A DNA stretch of 63,801 nt, counting the filler, from Octopus bimaculoides (Eukaryota), in assembly GCF_001194135.2 (NCBI RefSeq). It is 7 parts of 7 records of this genome, joined end to end, with 100 filler letters (N's around TTAATTAATTAA, not from the genome) between each part and the next. Parts side by side here need not be neighbours in the genome. Positions count along the whole stretch, not along the records: positions 1 to 15,433 come from NC_068987.1; 6 more parts are not named here. One strand, written 5' to 3'. Made by a program: the position numbers and the translations under genes. How positions within the stretch are numbered: position 1 is the stretch's first letter; every line of letters begins with the position of its first letter. Positions 1 to 13,899 of this stretch are shown here, piece after piece. Below the pieces are notes generated by a model that worked only from the letters and a program-made list of their open reading frames with translations, was not told the origin of the DNA and ran no database searches.

Positions 1-207
1 GCACAAGAGCCAGTCCATGGGCACTGGCAACGATCGCGCACGAATGATATCATGTGTCGCCCGCACATGAGCCAGTCCAGGGGCACTGGCAACGATCCCG
101 CTCGAAAGATTTCATGTGTCGCCCGCACATGAGCCAGTCCGGGGGCACTGGCAAACGATCCCGCTCGAAAAAGCCTCATGTGTCACCCGCACAAGAGCCA
201 GTCCAGG
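1..207 (-). mobile_element. RTE LINE 3'-UTR fragment with about 3.3 tandem ~62-bp units
   Basis: Repeated gcacaagagccagtcc..ggcactggcaacgatc unit; same motif as RTE 3'-UTR copies at 32990-33110 (+) and 54820-54860 (-). Confidence 0.75.
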
Positions 208-430
208 GATGCTTGCCCTGCTTGCCCATAGGTTACACATATATACCAAGGCTTTGTTTTACAGACAGATGCTTTTCCTGTTGTTAACCCTTACCTGTTT
301 TTTGACGCTGCATGTCTCCTCATGTGTGATAAATAGATGAAGTGGTGAGCTAGCAGAATCATTAGACTTTCAGAAAAAATACCTCTTCCATCTATGTTCT
401 AAGTTCAAATCTTACTGGAGTTATCTTATA

Positions 431-897
431 GGCACAAGCGTGGCAGTGGGGTTAAGAGGTTTGATTTTCAACCACATGGTTTTGGCAGGTTCAGTCCCAT
501 TGAGTGACACCTTGGCCAAGTGTCCTCTTCTACTTTTGTCCCGGGCCAAAGCTCAGTGAGTGAACGAGGCAGAAGGAAACTGAAAGAAGGCCATCATACA
601 CATAAGGAGATGTAGGTATACAATTTTTTGTATGTGTCTGTATGAGTGACGGTGTCTCTCTTTGTCTTGACATAGCAGGATAGTTGTAAATGAATGTCAC
701 TGTCATGCAAGCAGTGTCATTCATTTCGAACAGTGTGAGAAGTTGTGTCTGGCCATGGGAAAAAATTACCTTGCTTGGAAATAGGTAAAGGGTTGGTGAG
801 AGGAAGGGCATCCAGCCATAGAAATCTGCTTCAATAAACTCCATCTGGCTAAACAAACAGGGAAAAGGTAATGTTAAAATGATGACAATGAGATGAT
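431..897 (+). mobile_element. tRNA-derived CORE-type SINE with RTE-derived tail
   Basis: tRNA-like head, caccttggccaagtgtc core, then aggaagggcatccagccatagaaa and a degenerate (gat)n-like end shared with the RTE 3' end. Confidence 0.7.
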
Positions 898-916
898 TTA
901 GGCAGGTAAATAGATA

Positions 917-1280
917 GGCACAGATGTGACTGTGTGTTGAATAGCCTGCTTCTCAATCTTGTGATTTTTGGTTTCAGGCTAACCAAAAACTTGTGAATGG
1001 ATTTGGTAGAGAGAAACTAAAAGAAGCCCATCATGTACATATATATATATAGGTGTGCGTGTGTGTGTGTTTACCCTTGTCAAGACCATCTTGTGCTGCT
1101 TGTGAGTGAGCATCATCATCATACAAGTAATCCAGTCTTCTGTGAAAATACATCCGACCTAGGGGATAATATGGTTTGGGACAGGTGACAGTTGGCAACA
1201 GGAAATGCAGCCAGCCATAGAAAAGTCTGCCTCAACTAATTTTGTCCGACCCATACTAAAATAGGAAGATGGACGTTAAA
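917..1280 (+). mobile_element. CORE-type SINE with RTE-derived tail (internally deleted)
   Basis: Head ggcacagatgtgactgtgtg, ggatttggtagagagaaactaaaagaagccc body, tail ggaaatgcagccagccatagaaa...ggacgttaaa. Confidence 0.65.
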
Positions 1281-2281
1281 ATTATAATATATATGTTTAC
1301 AAATGTATACTGTTTGGTGTAGTAAAATCTTTATTGTGTAAGTGTAGCTAAGTATATATGAATAAAATGTGTTCTTTTTAAGCCATTTAATATAGTGTAT
1401 ATATTTATATCCTATACATGCAAATTTACACACATGTACATCTATATACCAGGGTGTCAACTAACTTGAATGAAAATGTTAAAAACACCACAGAAATGTT
1501 GGAAAATGGTAGTAAATTCTGGAAAAAAATTGCAAAGAAATTAGCATAAATTATGATAGCTGTTTTTGTTATGTTTTAGTAGGCTTATATATAATTGCAT
1601 TTATTAATGTATAATACTCATTTTTTTTTCCTTAGATATTGAAACTGGATACTAGATGGTGTGTGTTCTACATGAGAACTAGCTCAGTGCAAAAGTAATT
1701 GTAGATTTTATGGTATTTGTGTATGCATATATGCATGGCACCTTGGGCAAATGTACAATAGCCCTGGATCGACAAAAGTATTGAACAGATTTGATAGACA
1801 GAAACTGAAAGATGCCTGTCTTGTGTTGGATGGTTTGACAAGGATTCAATGACACAAAGAACTGCATTGTGCTCCAATATCTGCTTTTGGCACGGTTTCT
1901 ACAGCTGGATACCCTTCCTAAAGCCAACCATTTTACAGTGTGTACATGGTGCTTTTTGTCAAGCCACTAGCGGTGTTGAGGTCACCATGTATCTTGCAAG
2001 TCAACAAACCTATGGAGGGAGAATGTTGCATTCACATGTTAGATGGGGATTAATTAAGGTAAGAGGGAAGGGGTTGAGGTAGAACAGGCTCTCATTGGCG
2101 AGGAGCTACATGGCTACACATATTTAGAAAACGGAGTAAGAATGAATTAGTTATTCCAAGGAAATAGACAGGTGATGAGATGGCCATGTGGCATCACAGG
2201 TAGCAGAGGTAGTAGTGAGTGTGGACAGTGAGGTTGTTTATATATATGTATGTATTCACTTTGAGGATGACCAAATGTATG

Positions 2282-2365
2282 GACCCTGATGAAGCTGCAC
2301 CGATAATAATGCAAGGCTGCTTCTGCAACTATGAGTAGTCGGTGCAGTGGAAATACATGTAGGTC
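2282..2365 (+). ncRNA. Type I hammerhead ribozyme motif
   Basis: Stem I gacc/ggtc; CUGAUGA 2286-2292; 10-bp stem II gctgcaccga/tcggtgcagt; GAAA 2350-2353; palindromic tacatgta; GUA site 2359-2361. Confidence 0.75.
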
Positions 2366-2529
2366 ATTATAAGTTGTACAAAATTATAAAATAAAATTTT
2401 GTGGATGAACAAGTTTCCATACTCTTTATTATTAGTAATTTATATATATAACTATGGACCAAGATATTTGGCACATTGTTATACTCAAATAGACTAGTCT
2501 GCTACAGTAGAATTTATGCTGGTTCTGGT

Positions 2530-2690
2530 GTCACATAAAAAGCATGGTGCTAGTGCCACATTAAAAACACGGGTGCCACTTAAAAAGCACCCAGTACACT
2601 CCGAAATGGTTGGTGTTAGGAAGAGCATCCAGCCATAGAAACCATGCCAGAACAGACAATGGAGTCTGGTATGGCCACTGGCTTCAAGGC
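2530..2690 (+). mobile_element. RTE 3'-UTR fragment
   Basis: aaaaagcacccagtacactccgaaatggttggtgttaggaagagcatccagc matches 33110-33170. Confidence 0.65.
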
Positions 2691-2824
2691 TTCAGTCTCC
2701 TTGCCTTGACATTGCATGATAGTATTAAGTGAAGGTCACCATCATGTAAGCAGTGCCTGCTTGTATGACGGTGACATTCATTTACAACCACCATGCTATG
2801 TCAAGGAGGCAATAACACATACAT

Positions 2825-2950
2825 ATATTGTGGTAAGAAGTTTGCTTTCCAACCACATGTACCAGGTTCAATCCCACTACATGGCACCCTGGGCAAGTGT
2901 CTTCTGTCTTGGGCCAACCAAAGCTTTGAGAATGAATTTGGCAGACAAAG

Positions 2951-3002
<52 letters not shown>

Positions 3003-3075
3003 NNNNNNNNNNNNNNNNNNNNNNNNNNNNNNNNNNNNNNNNNNNNNNNNNNNNNNNNNNNNNNNNNNNNNNNNN

Positions 3076-3149
<74 letters not shown>

Positions 3150-3352
3150 CTTTGTGACTGTGTTTGTTCCTCAGCACTGCTTGACAACAGGTGTTCATGT
3201 GTTTAACTTAACATGTAACTAGCAGTTCAGCAATAAGAGTCCGATAGAATAAGTACAAGAATTAAAAAAGAAGTACTGGTCGATTCGGTCGACTAAAATT
3301 CTTCAGGGCAGTGCCCTGGTATATTGCAGTCTGATGACTGAAACAAGTAAAA
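2825..3352 (+). mobile_element. CORE-type SINE with non-RTE tail, internal (GT)n/(TA)n and gap
   Basis: gtggtaagaagtttgctttccaaccacatg head, ctgggcaagtgtcttct core, tail ending gactgaaacaagtaaaaga. Confidence 0.8.
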
Positions 3353-3369
3353 GATAATATATATACATA

Positions 3370-3728
3370 GGCGCAGGCCTGACTCTGTGGTAAGAAGCTT
3401 GCTTCCCAACCACATGGTTTCGGGTTCGGTCACACTGCGTAGCACCCTGGGCAAGTGTCTTCTATTAAAGCCTTGAGTGGATTTGGCAGACAGAAACCGA
3501 AAGAGGCCCGTCATATGCATATAAATATATATGTGTGTGTGTGTTTGTATCTGTTTGTCCCTCACCAACGCTTGACAACCGGTACTAGTGTGTTTACGTC
3601 CCCGTAACTTAGCGGTTCAGCAAAACAAAACCGATAAAATAAGTACTAGGCTTATAAAAAGTAAGTATTGGGGTCGATACATTCGACTGAAAATTCAAGG
3701 CAGTGCCCAGCATGGCCGCAGTCTAATA
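3370..3728 (+). mobile_element. CORE-type SINE, near full length
   Basis: ggcgcagg..gtggtaagaagcttgcttcccaaccacatggtttcgggttcgg head, core, tail to ccagcatggccgcagtctaat. Confidence 0.85.
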
Positions 3729-3730
3729 AC

Positions 3731-3763
<33 letters not shown>

Positions 3764-3831
3764 ATATATACACACACAAACGCATAGAGGTGCGACGAAC
3801 TTCAATTTCCAACAACGAAATCCACTCACAG

Positions 3832-3930
3832 AGCTTTTTGTTGGCCTAGGGTTGCAGGAGAAGATACTTGACTAAGGTGCTATGCAGTGGGAGTAACTCG
3901 AAACCATGTGGTTGGAAAGCAAACTTCTTA
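3832..3930 (-). mobile_element. CORE-type SINE 5' fragment
   Basis: Reverse complement of the head/core (tggtaagaagtttgctttccaaccacatggtttcg). Confidence 0.65.
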
Positions 3931-3999
3931 CCATACAACCAATTACATACAAACAAAAACACAAACATGCATAGACATACATATACACAAACACATGCA

Positions 4000-4105
4000 T
4001 ATCATTCACACATACACACATATGCATATCATACACACATATACACACATGCATATCATACACACATATACACACATGCATATCATACACACATGTACAC
4101 ACACA
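4000..4105. repeat. 24-bp minisatellite, about 4 copies
   Basis: catatacacacatgcatatcatac-type unit in tandem. Confidence 0.85.
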
Positions 4106-7100
4106 TGCCTATATACATAGACACACATACACGTACAACACACGAGAGCGTGTAAAAATCCCTTTTATATATATATGAAGCTTAACGCTTTTAAAAGTTC
4201 CAAAAGGGTAAAGGGGAACTTAATAGACATGATATTTATTGTTAGTAATGTGACATACATCAATGCATAAACGCAGTTTTCAGTGACAAATAAAGTCAGC
4301 GTTCGACGAAAACAAACCTGTACAGCACGGACAATAATCACGCCATCAATGCAAACACTACAACAGGGAACCTCTATGCGGCCTTTTGACTTGCTAGAGA
4401 TAGCAGCCAAATTTCAGTGAGCATCGGGAAATGATGAGACGGTCGTAGCTAGGATGTCTTACATCATAGTCTGCTCAGTCAGAGTAAACAACAGTTACAA
4501 CCGGAGACCCAATACATGGTCACTCTACCTGCTAGAAATAGCAATCAAAAGGACACCATCGTCGTAGAGAGCTTTCCCAATGCACAAGAAGACTGGATGG
4601 CCACAACTTGAAAGCTTTTGAACTCCATTAGCCCCCATCCAGAACTTAACTACAGCGCGCCATCGAAGTAGCCTTAACGTAGTCACTGGCCCTGCTAGAA
4701 AACTACACCTTAACATAATCCAGTGCGTTCTTGGATTATTTAATCTGGATTACACAATTCAAAAAAAAAAAAATACATGTAATGATCATATCTCGAACGT
4801 GTTTCATAATAAAAAAAATAAACTTGCTGTCAGGGCCGACTTGGAGCCAAAATCGAAACAACTTATTAGGAAAGATTTATNNNNNNNNNNTTATTGGGGT
4901 TGCAAAGCTTTCTAGAAAGAAATATTAGCCAAATCTTCAGATTTAAACCAAAGAAGGGCAAGACTTCCGCCCGTCAAACTCAGGTTGGGGGGGGGGGGTA
5001 AAAACAGGTCTGTCCTGGCTGGAACGCCTTTGATCATATTCAGAGAGGAAAAAAAAAACCCATCCTTTCTTAGTCGACGTAGGATGGGTCTGACTTCCCC
5101 ACAGAAAGTACAATAAATTTTGACGACCAAACGCATTTTGGACGTAGTTACGTTCATGCTTTTCCCCGGATGCCATTTCCGAGACACTTTTTATTAATTT
5201 TTGTTCGTTTTACAAATTACAAGATTAGTTGGTTGTTTTGTTGTTTTTTTTAGAAAAGTAGATAGACACATTGATTATAAATGAATCGAAATTTCCCCCC
5301 CAACTGCACCAGTATTTATCCTATCACCTTCAATAGAATGAGGTAGTGAAGTAGCGAATTTGATATTGCAAAACATCTGGTTCGATTAATCGACACAAAG
5401 AATAATGATTTCTGATTTGTGCATAAGGTTAAACAATTTTGCGGGGAAAGGAGTTAGTACTTGACTGATAAGTACTTCATTCCATCGACCCCGTAAGTCG
5501 AAGTTAACCTCGGCGGGTCGGTGACAAATACACCGACATTACAAGGACAGGTTACAAAAAAAGTCTACGTGAGGATGGTTACATTAAAATCGGATGATTG
5601 TAAAGGGGAGGAGTGGTAACAACGGTATAAACATGTGTGATTGAGTCTCAAGACAAGAAAACCCCTTCAATAACAGGATCACGGATAGAAATTTTCAGGA
5701 TTGTAGGCTGAACCACAAATACTCGACTGCTTATATCTTTTATCAACCACCCAGGTTTGAACTCAGAACGTACAAGGACGAAATACTGACCATCGCATCT
5801 CCCTCTCTTTCTGCTTGTTTCTGTGATACATCGTCCTCAGAAATATGATTTATCACATCGACACATGTATAAGGGCAACTGGCATAGAAAATTGAATTGA
5901 CTCCTCGGCATTTACTCAAACTCATACTATCGACCTCCAGTGCGATGAGAGGCAAACTAACAACAACTATAATGAACATCTAAGTCTGAGCATCACTACC
6001 CTACCAAAGAAAGAAAAGAGAGATAAAACTATGTTCGAGACATCGGTGGACTGAAAAACTACGGGCGGGAATGGAAACCGGATTGTGAATGCAGTCGTCT
6101 AAATGATACAGTACAATATGGTTGAGAGAAAGAGAGAGAGGAGACAAATAAAACAAAGACATAATGTCATGAATAAAGAAGAGAGATTTACTTACAATGT
6201 GTGTCTCCTGTTTTGGAGGTTGCTGTTTTATGTATAACACATTGAGGGACAACGAAATATACATCTGGTGTCAGTGAGGTGGAGGGACAGAGAGATTAGG
6301 AGGAGAGAGGGAGAGAGAGAGAAGCGAATGGTAGTAGTAGAGGGAGATAGAGGAGAAAAGAGAAAGAGAGAAGAGGATGGGTGAGAACGAGAGTGTATGT
6401 ATGAGTGGGTAGGTAGGTGCAAATGAATGTGTGTGTGTGTGTGTGTGTGTGTGTTTTAACACACATACACGATGAAGAGTTAAAACGATATGGTTGGAAT
6501 CATCTGGGTCGTGTTTCGGCTGAATGACATGCACAATTTTGCACTTTTACAAATGTACACACTTCGGTGTGCGCATGTATGTATATATATATATATACAT
6601 ACATGCACACAGAAATATATATATATATATATATATACGCAAACACTTGAACGCAAGGTTAATATAATGTCGGTGTTGGAGAAGGGCAGGCGGAAGAACG
6701 TCAAAGAAGTTGGCATGGACTGACAAACCCTAAAATGCGGTGGTGAAGAGTGGAATCATACATTAGAGGTTTGGGGGAATGACACAGCCTATTAACAGAC
6801 TGACAGAGAGCAACAATAGGGAAGTTGATGGAGACTAGACACGGAATAAAAATAATCACAACGGACAGACAGTGTCTATAGTGGTCAGGTTTCAGTAAAG
6901 GGATGTCTCCGTGCTTGCTGTCTCGGACTATAGTGGACAGCTGGTCAGGTCCAGTTTTCCCTGCAATAGCCTTGAAGTGGACATCGACTGAAGTTAGCTA
7001 TTACAGTGGATAGTCAATAATAATCATGTCATGATAGAGAAACTATAAAACTAGAAGAGAAATTAGGAATGCTACTGTCAGGTGTAAAATCTGTATGAAG

Positions 7101-7713
7101 CATTAAATCATTGGAGTGTGACCGATATGGAGACAACGAAATAAATCTTGGTCAGAATGTTAACATATATATATATAACAATGTGCTGTTAGATGCATCA
7201 CGCTTTGGTTAAAAGTACAGCAAAACCATGGGTTTTATCGGTAGTGAACAGTGTATGTGTGAACGAAACGACAGTATGACAGAGAAACCATAAATATGGT
7301 TGACAAAAAAAAAAACTGAAAACAGTATTTAGACATATGTTGAATGTCGACTGATGGCTGCTCCTCCACCAGTGTAATTTAGAAGTCGGTTGCACAACAA
7401 GAGCATACGACAACAGTCCCAAGACAATAGCTAGCTGACCGTTAGCTTTGAACACATCGCTTTTATTTTCCGTCGTCGTGTCACCAGCATCATAACATTA
7501 GCATCGGTTTGTCCCCGCTGACCATATTGTCATCGATGTCCACTTGACTCTTCTCTATGGAAACTACACAGCATTTCCAGAACTATCGGTGATCATAAAT
7601 CGTGATAAAACTGATAGAGGCTGAATTAAAGCCAAACGGAGTGTATATTCTATGTATTGCAGAAAATGAGTTTTTATGTATGATGTGTGTACGCTTGTTT
7701 GTTTGTGTGTGTG

Positions 7714-7757
<44 letters not shown>

Positions 7758-10120
7758 TAGATAAATGTACGAAGCGTGAATGAAATGTGTGCAAATGCAT
7801 GACAGCGTGTATACACGAACAATGTACATAGCATACACAGCATATGAGAGCATGTTAAGAAAATATACATACGTATGATGCTATGGAAATAACTTTAATA
7901 ACAACGATACAATGTGACAAGGCCATTTCTTTCGGTTGATGAAGCGTAACGTTTGTTTAAACCGACTGGTACATATCTTAAATTTTCATAGAAAATAACT
8001 ATAAAATAGTAATGATATAAAGACAAACGAAAAGTTTTGTTGAAATTTTTCTTGTGGTTCTATCATTTTAAAACACATTTAGACATTTATGGTAATAATC
8101 TATTTTAGACAAAATTCGGTTCTCCGTAATAAAGCATGCCGTGTCGTTCAGACGTTCTGTAACATAATTAAGCTTAGTAAACTAATTGAACAAACAATAG
8201 CTTTTACATATAGGTAAAAAAAAAAATACTTCAAATTTATAAGTAAACCGAAAGACTAGTTTGGAATTTAATACGTCCAATACTTCAGATAAACTTCGCA
8301 TTTCCACTAATTGCTTTATTTAAGGGGTAGTAGAATACTTTCTCATTAAATGTGTGTAAAAATACTAATATCTTTCCGTAGGTCTTGTTAATTTTAAGTG
8401 ACGAAAAACTTTTCGTTGTAATTACTTGTTATTCAATATAATTAATAACATTATCCAAAACAAAAACAAAAAAAAAAACTATTTTCCATCATTCGGATCA
8501 ACCACAAAAATGTCTCATGCACTATATCTAATTTCACTTTTAAAAGATTCTCTAACAAATATATCGAAGGGATGTTCAACAATTTGAACATTTTAATTTT
8601 TTCTTTTTAATGTAAATTTTACAAACAGGGTACTGAATGAAGCTCGACAATCTAACTGAATTTATAGGAATTTAGGTGTTTATTCTAATGTTGAAGTGGC
8701 GAGGGGGGGGGGCTACTTTCAAAGAAAAACGTATTATGGTACATAACCGATCAGCCATAACATGTACAGGACCACAGGGGAAATGGAAATAGAGAGTGGG
8801 AAGTTGGGATGTACATGCGTTGCTTTTCTTTATTCGACTCTGCCATAGCCGTTTGTCATGGTTATGCTTCAATGAATGAGAGCGGTCACAGTTGAGTTAT
8901 ACGAACTCACTTGTCTTACCGGTATTTCTCCGTTACGGTTGTTTTTGTTTAGCCCAAGGCAAACTTCATCGGGCAGACTTATGATTAACTACAATTCCAA
9001 CCATTGCCATCCTAAGTATTACTATTTCTCTTCTTTTTTTTTTTTTTGTTTCAAGAAAAGTGTAGTAGTGTACAATGAACATTCAACAAACCAAACCAAG
9101 GTGTCCCCCTTTTAAAACAGTAGAATTAATTCGCTGCTGTTTTCAACAGACTGACCAACCATGCATGGTAGGTCGGTAAGTTGGAGGAAGCTGATAAAAA
9201 GACTACCACGACTTGGACAGGAATCGAACTCGAACGCATTGAAACAGAATACATATATATACACAGATTATTAAAATATATAACAAAATAAAAATAATAA
9301 TCGCTTATTTATTCATATATATATATATATATAAATATATATATATATCATAAACAGGTACCCAGGTCACACAATTGGCAAGGGTTCTGGTTGCCGTTAG
9401 CTAAAGAAAAAAAAAACTGCACAACATGTCTGGTACTTTTAACTTATCACCCTCCACTTCACACACACAAAAAAAGGGGCTTCAGGAGACTGATGTAACT
9501 TTACCTAAGCTCAGAAGGCGAAAAAGGGAGGGCATGAACATCATGCAATCCCAAAAATAACAGCCACGGAGAGAGTATAAATCACGTATATATGCAAAAT
9601 ACAAGAAAAAAAACATACATACATTTTAAATACACAAACATTTATATTAACACTCATATACACACATAGATTGATATAATATTAACACGCGCGCATACAC
9701 GTATTTTGATTATACATACTTCGAGGCGAGACAGATAAGAACATATATTTGCATATCTTCATGGAGGGATTTTCTTCAGGGAAACTACGTTCTTTCCAGT
9801 GTTGCATGACATGCATATATAATACAATATATACATATATATATATATATACATACATATATATACACGTCTACTGCAAAGGATTTTCTCTTAAATAGCT
9901 GTTTACCCGGTTCCGCACATACTTACATATATTATACATACACACACACACACTTTAGAATATTGAGCAATAGATACTTTAAAAGATGTGAAGTATATAC
10001 ACACAATCTGTTATATACATATATATATATATATATATACAACCACATATACGTGTATGCTTTTTTTTACTGGCGTTAGTCATTAGACCATACTGGAGCA
10101 CACACACATTATATATACAC

Positions 10121-10166
<46 letters not shown>

Positions 10167-10789
10167 TTTAACCTGGCGTGGCGGTATTTAACAGCCAATG
10201 CTGGAGAAATAACGAACAATATTGAAGATGAAATGAAATAACATAATATAGATAGATAGATAGATAATACATAAAACATGTTGACTCACAATTGAAAATA
10301 TTATCTTTAGTAGTAGTTGTAGTATTATTTGTAGTTGTCGTAGTAGTAGTAGTAGTCTGTATTCGGTGAGAAGTAGTAGTAGTGGTAATAATAGTTGTAG
10401 TAGTAGTAATAATAATAATAATTAACTGAAACGACGATGAAGATATAGAAGTGAAAGCACAGCGGCGGCGGTTGTAGTAATAATAATAATACAGAGAAAT
10501 ATAGACCAAAATATATTATATGTGGATATATTTATAAAGCCCTGTCTTTTTCAAAAGATTCAAAGCTGTCTTTTTTGTTTTTTCCTAAATTAATGTTGTT
10601 TTCTCTAAGAGTTGTTATCGTGAGGGTTTTTTTTTTAAATAAACTCGTCAAGGTGGAGTTAGAAACATGGAACAGAGAGAAACAGACCACCGGCCCACGT
10701 GACCGACTCACTGCAGCAGCATCAGCAGCAGCAGTACAATCCTCCCCCCTCTTACCGCCTATCTCCCCTTCGTCGTCGTCGCTACCACC

Positions 10790-10970
10790 TACACCGCCAC
10801 AACCTGCATTGTTTCTTCTCCTCCCCTTCTCTGTTCACCCCGATCCCCAACCTCCCACCGTCGCCACCACCACTTGCATTGTTTCTCCTTCTACCCCACC
10901 TCTCTGTTTCCCCCTGTCTCCACTCTCCGCCACCACTCCCACCTGCATTGTTTCTTCTCCCTTTCTTTGT
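10790..10970. repeat. Three spaced copies of cacctgcattgtttcttctcc in a C/T-rich tract
   Basis: Copies near 10800, 10870 and 10940. Confidence 0.7.
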
Positions 10971-11789
10971 TTCCACCACCGACAACAACAACAGCAACAA
11001 CAAACGTGGAATCTCTGTGGTTGGTTGGTCGATCTGCTAAGAATAGTAGCCAAAATATCCTTCAAATTCACTGACAAGCCTACAAGGACACATTTGATAA
11101 ATATAGTCTTACATACCCTTAAAAAAGACCGGATGGTCACGATTGGAACGTATTTGATCTGTAGGTTTTCAACAATCAATGCATTCCTAGGGCTAAACAA
11201 TAGCAACTCTTCCATTCTCCGTTTCCACCCTTACCATCGCCTTCGTCACCCCACCATTACGTTGCTTCTTCCCCCTCCATTTCACCCCCTCATCCTATCT
11301 TCGTCGCCACCACTAATATTGCTACCTCTTTCCCCTTCTCTACTTTCCTCCGTCGTCACCATCATTTCTCTCCTTGTAGCCTCTACCACTACTATCATCA
11401 CCACTACTATCACCACCACCATGACAACTACTCGCATTGTGTCGTTATGCTTCAATCTCTTCCTCCTTCACTGCTTCTGTCTCTCTCTTTCTTTCATACA
11501 CATTCTCTGTGTCTTTCTCTTCATAGACATTCGCATTCTCTTTCCTTCTCTCTATCATTACTTCACCCTCTTTGTTCCTTTCCCCCTCGCACACATTTTA
11601 TTCTCTTTCTTTTTCACATACATTCTTAGTCTCTTTCCCTCTCTTTCTCATTATCTCACCTCTTTCACTTTCTCTTCACACGCTTTCATTCTCTCTTTCT
11701 TTCTATTTAACATTCTCTCACCTTTTCTCTATATTTTCCTCTTCGTCGTATTTGCAGTTATTGAAAGCGAGAGACAAGACTAGAAATGC

Positions 11790-12420
11790 TTGAGAGGGTG
11801 TTATACTAATAATGGTAGCGGTGGTAGTGCACTGCTGTCAGTGTTACTAGCAGTATTCAGGTGTTAGTGCATTGTAGTTGATGGTGGTAACAGTGCTATG
11901 TTGCAGTCAGTGTTGTAGTTGGTGTTGGTAGCGGTGTTAGTGATAGTGGTGATGACAATGTTACGTTACCAGTGGTGCTAGTACTGCGAATACTGCTGGT
12001 GATGATGATGGTATGTTGTGTTACAGTCGGTGTTGGTGTTGGTGGTGGTACTTAGGTGTTTCTTATTACTGTGGTAGTGGTTTTAGATTACTTATTGGTG
12101 TTATGGTAGTGGAGACTGTGGTGGTATCATTAAAGTGACGCTGATAGTGCGTTATGCTGTTGCTTATGGTAGTGTGTACGTGTGGGAGAGAGGTAATGTT
12201 GGTGGCGCTTCTATTGTGTCAGTCGCGGTGCTATGCTGTTTGCGTGATCGTTCTATGACTGATAGGGGTGGTGGTGATGGCATCGTGACGGTATTAGTGG
12301 TATTTTAATATGGTTGTTGATGTTGCTTATCATCATTGTTGCGGTGGCGGTGGTGGTGGTGACATCAGCATCAATGTTACACGGTTGATATTCATAGTGG
12401 TGATGGTGTTACGCTAGAAT
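11790..12420. repeat. Degenerate (GGT/GAT/TAG)n low-complexity tract
   Basis: Continuous decayed trinucleotide repeats. Confidence 0.75.
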
Positions 12421-12494
12421 AAAAAAAATATGAAAATGATATATCAGTTCTTTCTATTATAAGTATAAGGACTGACATTTTGGAAGAGAGGGTT

Positions 12495-12662
12495 TGTGGA
12501 TTTAATCGACTCCAGTGCTTAAATGAATTCTATTTTGTCGACCTCGAAAGAAATGAAAGGCAAAGTCAACGTTGGAAGAATTTGAACGCAGAACGTAAAG
12601 ACGGATGAAATGCCGCTAAGCATTTTATCCGGCGTGTAACGATTATAACAGCTCACCGCCTT
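12495..12662 (-). mobile_element. Second tRNA-derived SINE family (gactttgcctttcatcc domain)
   Basis: Reverse complement of the intact copy at 60690-60900. Confidence 0.75.
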
Positions 12663-13899
12663 AGAATGGCATATCATAATGATGGTGGTATTGGATTATG
12701 TTGAAATTATTTACACCCTGGTCAACCCTGTTTCACCAAGACCTATGATCAAATGCACCCTAAACATGACCAATCTGAATTTTTAGTGGTATATATACAC
12801 AACTACACCATTTAATGTAATAGGGTATGATTTAAGAGAGGTTTGACTTCCATTTCTAACTTGCCGAACGACCATGTAGAAGCCCCCTCGCAGACTCGTG
12901 TTATTGTTGCCGGTAATATTGCTGTTGCTTTTTTGTTCTTATTGCAGTAATTATAGTGGTGAAGGTGACGGCAGAGGCAACAATGGTGAAGATGGAGGTG
13001 ATGGTGTTGTAGAGTCTTGTTGCTGGTAATGGTGACGGCGATGTTATTGATATTTCGTGATTGTGTTAATTTTTGGTTTTTAGTATCTTTTTGTTAATTT
13101 TCAGTTTTGTTTAGCGTCTCTCTCTCTCTCTCAACACTCGTAATAGCTGTAAGCGACCATCTTCCATTCCATCTTTCGTATCCTCTCTCGTTCCTCTCAT
13201 TCAAGAAAGAGAAGAAATTAATGAATTATATATTATATATATATTCATATAAGCATATGGGTATATTTATATATAAGTATATATTAAAATATACATGCGT
13301 TCCTACATAGATATACGTATATGTATGTATGTATGTATATATGTATGTATATGTATGTGTGTGTCTGTGCGTGTGTGTGTGGAGAGAGAGAGACAGAGAG
13401 ACAGACAGAAGACAGCCAGGCATACAGACTCACCGGCAGAGACAGAAAGATAGACAGACACACTGACATAGACAGGCAGGCAAAGACAGAGAATCGAAAA
13501 ACGATAAATATATAAATATACCAAAGTTAAGTACGCTGGAGAAATGCTAGTCAAAATATACTTAAAGTCACTATAACTTTGTATACTATAGCCACTATAT
13601 ACCAGATAAGGTCCAATAAATAAACAGCCGTCACTCTAGTTCGCATATCACTTGGTTTCATAATTCACCATGTCTTTTACCTATGTTTTGGGAAGCCCAT
13701 TTCGTCGTGAGCAAACACAGAGGCACCCTTTCGAGCTCCCCATCCTTGACCCAGCAAAGCAACAAAGATGTGACTCATAGTTGTAATTTCATATTATAAA
13801 TCCCGGAAGGATGACTTCGACAGCGTTTGAACTCTGAATGTAAAGTGCCGATACAAATAATTTTAATTTTTTTTTTTCTACTATCGACACAATGCCTGA

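Noticed and set aside
4890-5190. Possible mariner-like 5' relic
   Set aside because: Similarity too weak by eye and broken by a gap.
10575-11783. 402-aa ORF
   Set aside because: Built from C/T-rich low-complexity DNA, trinucleotide repeats and an antisense dispersed repeat (11000-11200); T/C skew suppresses stops.
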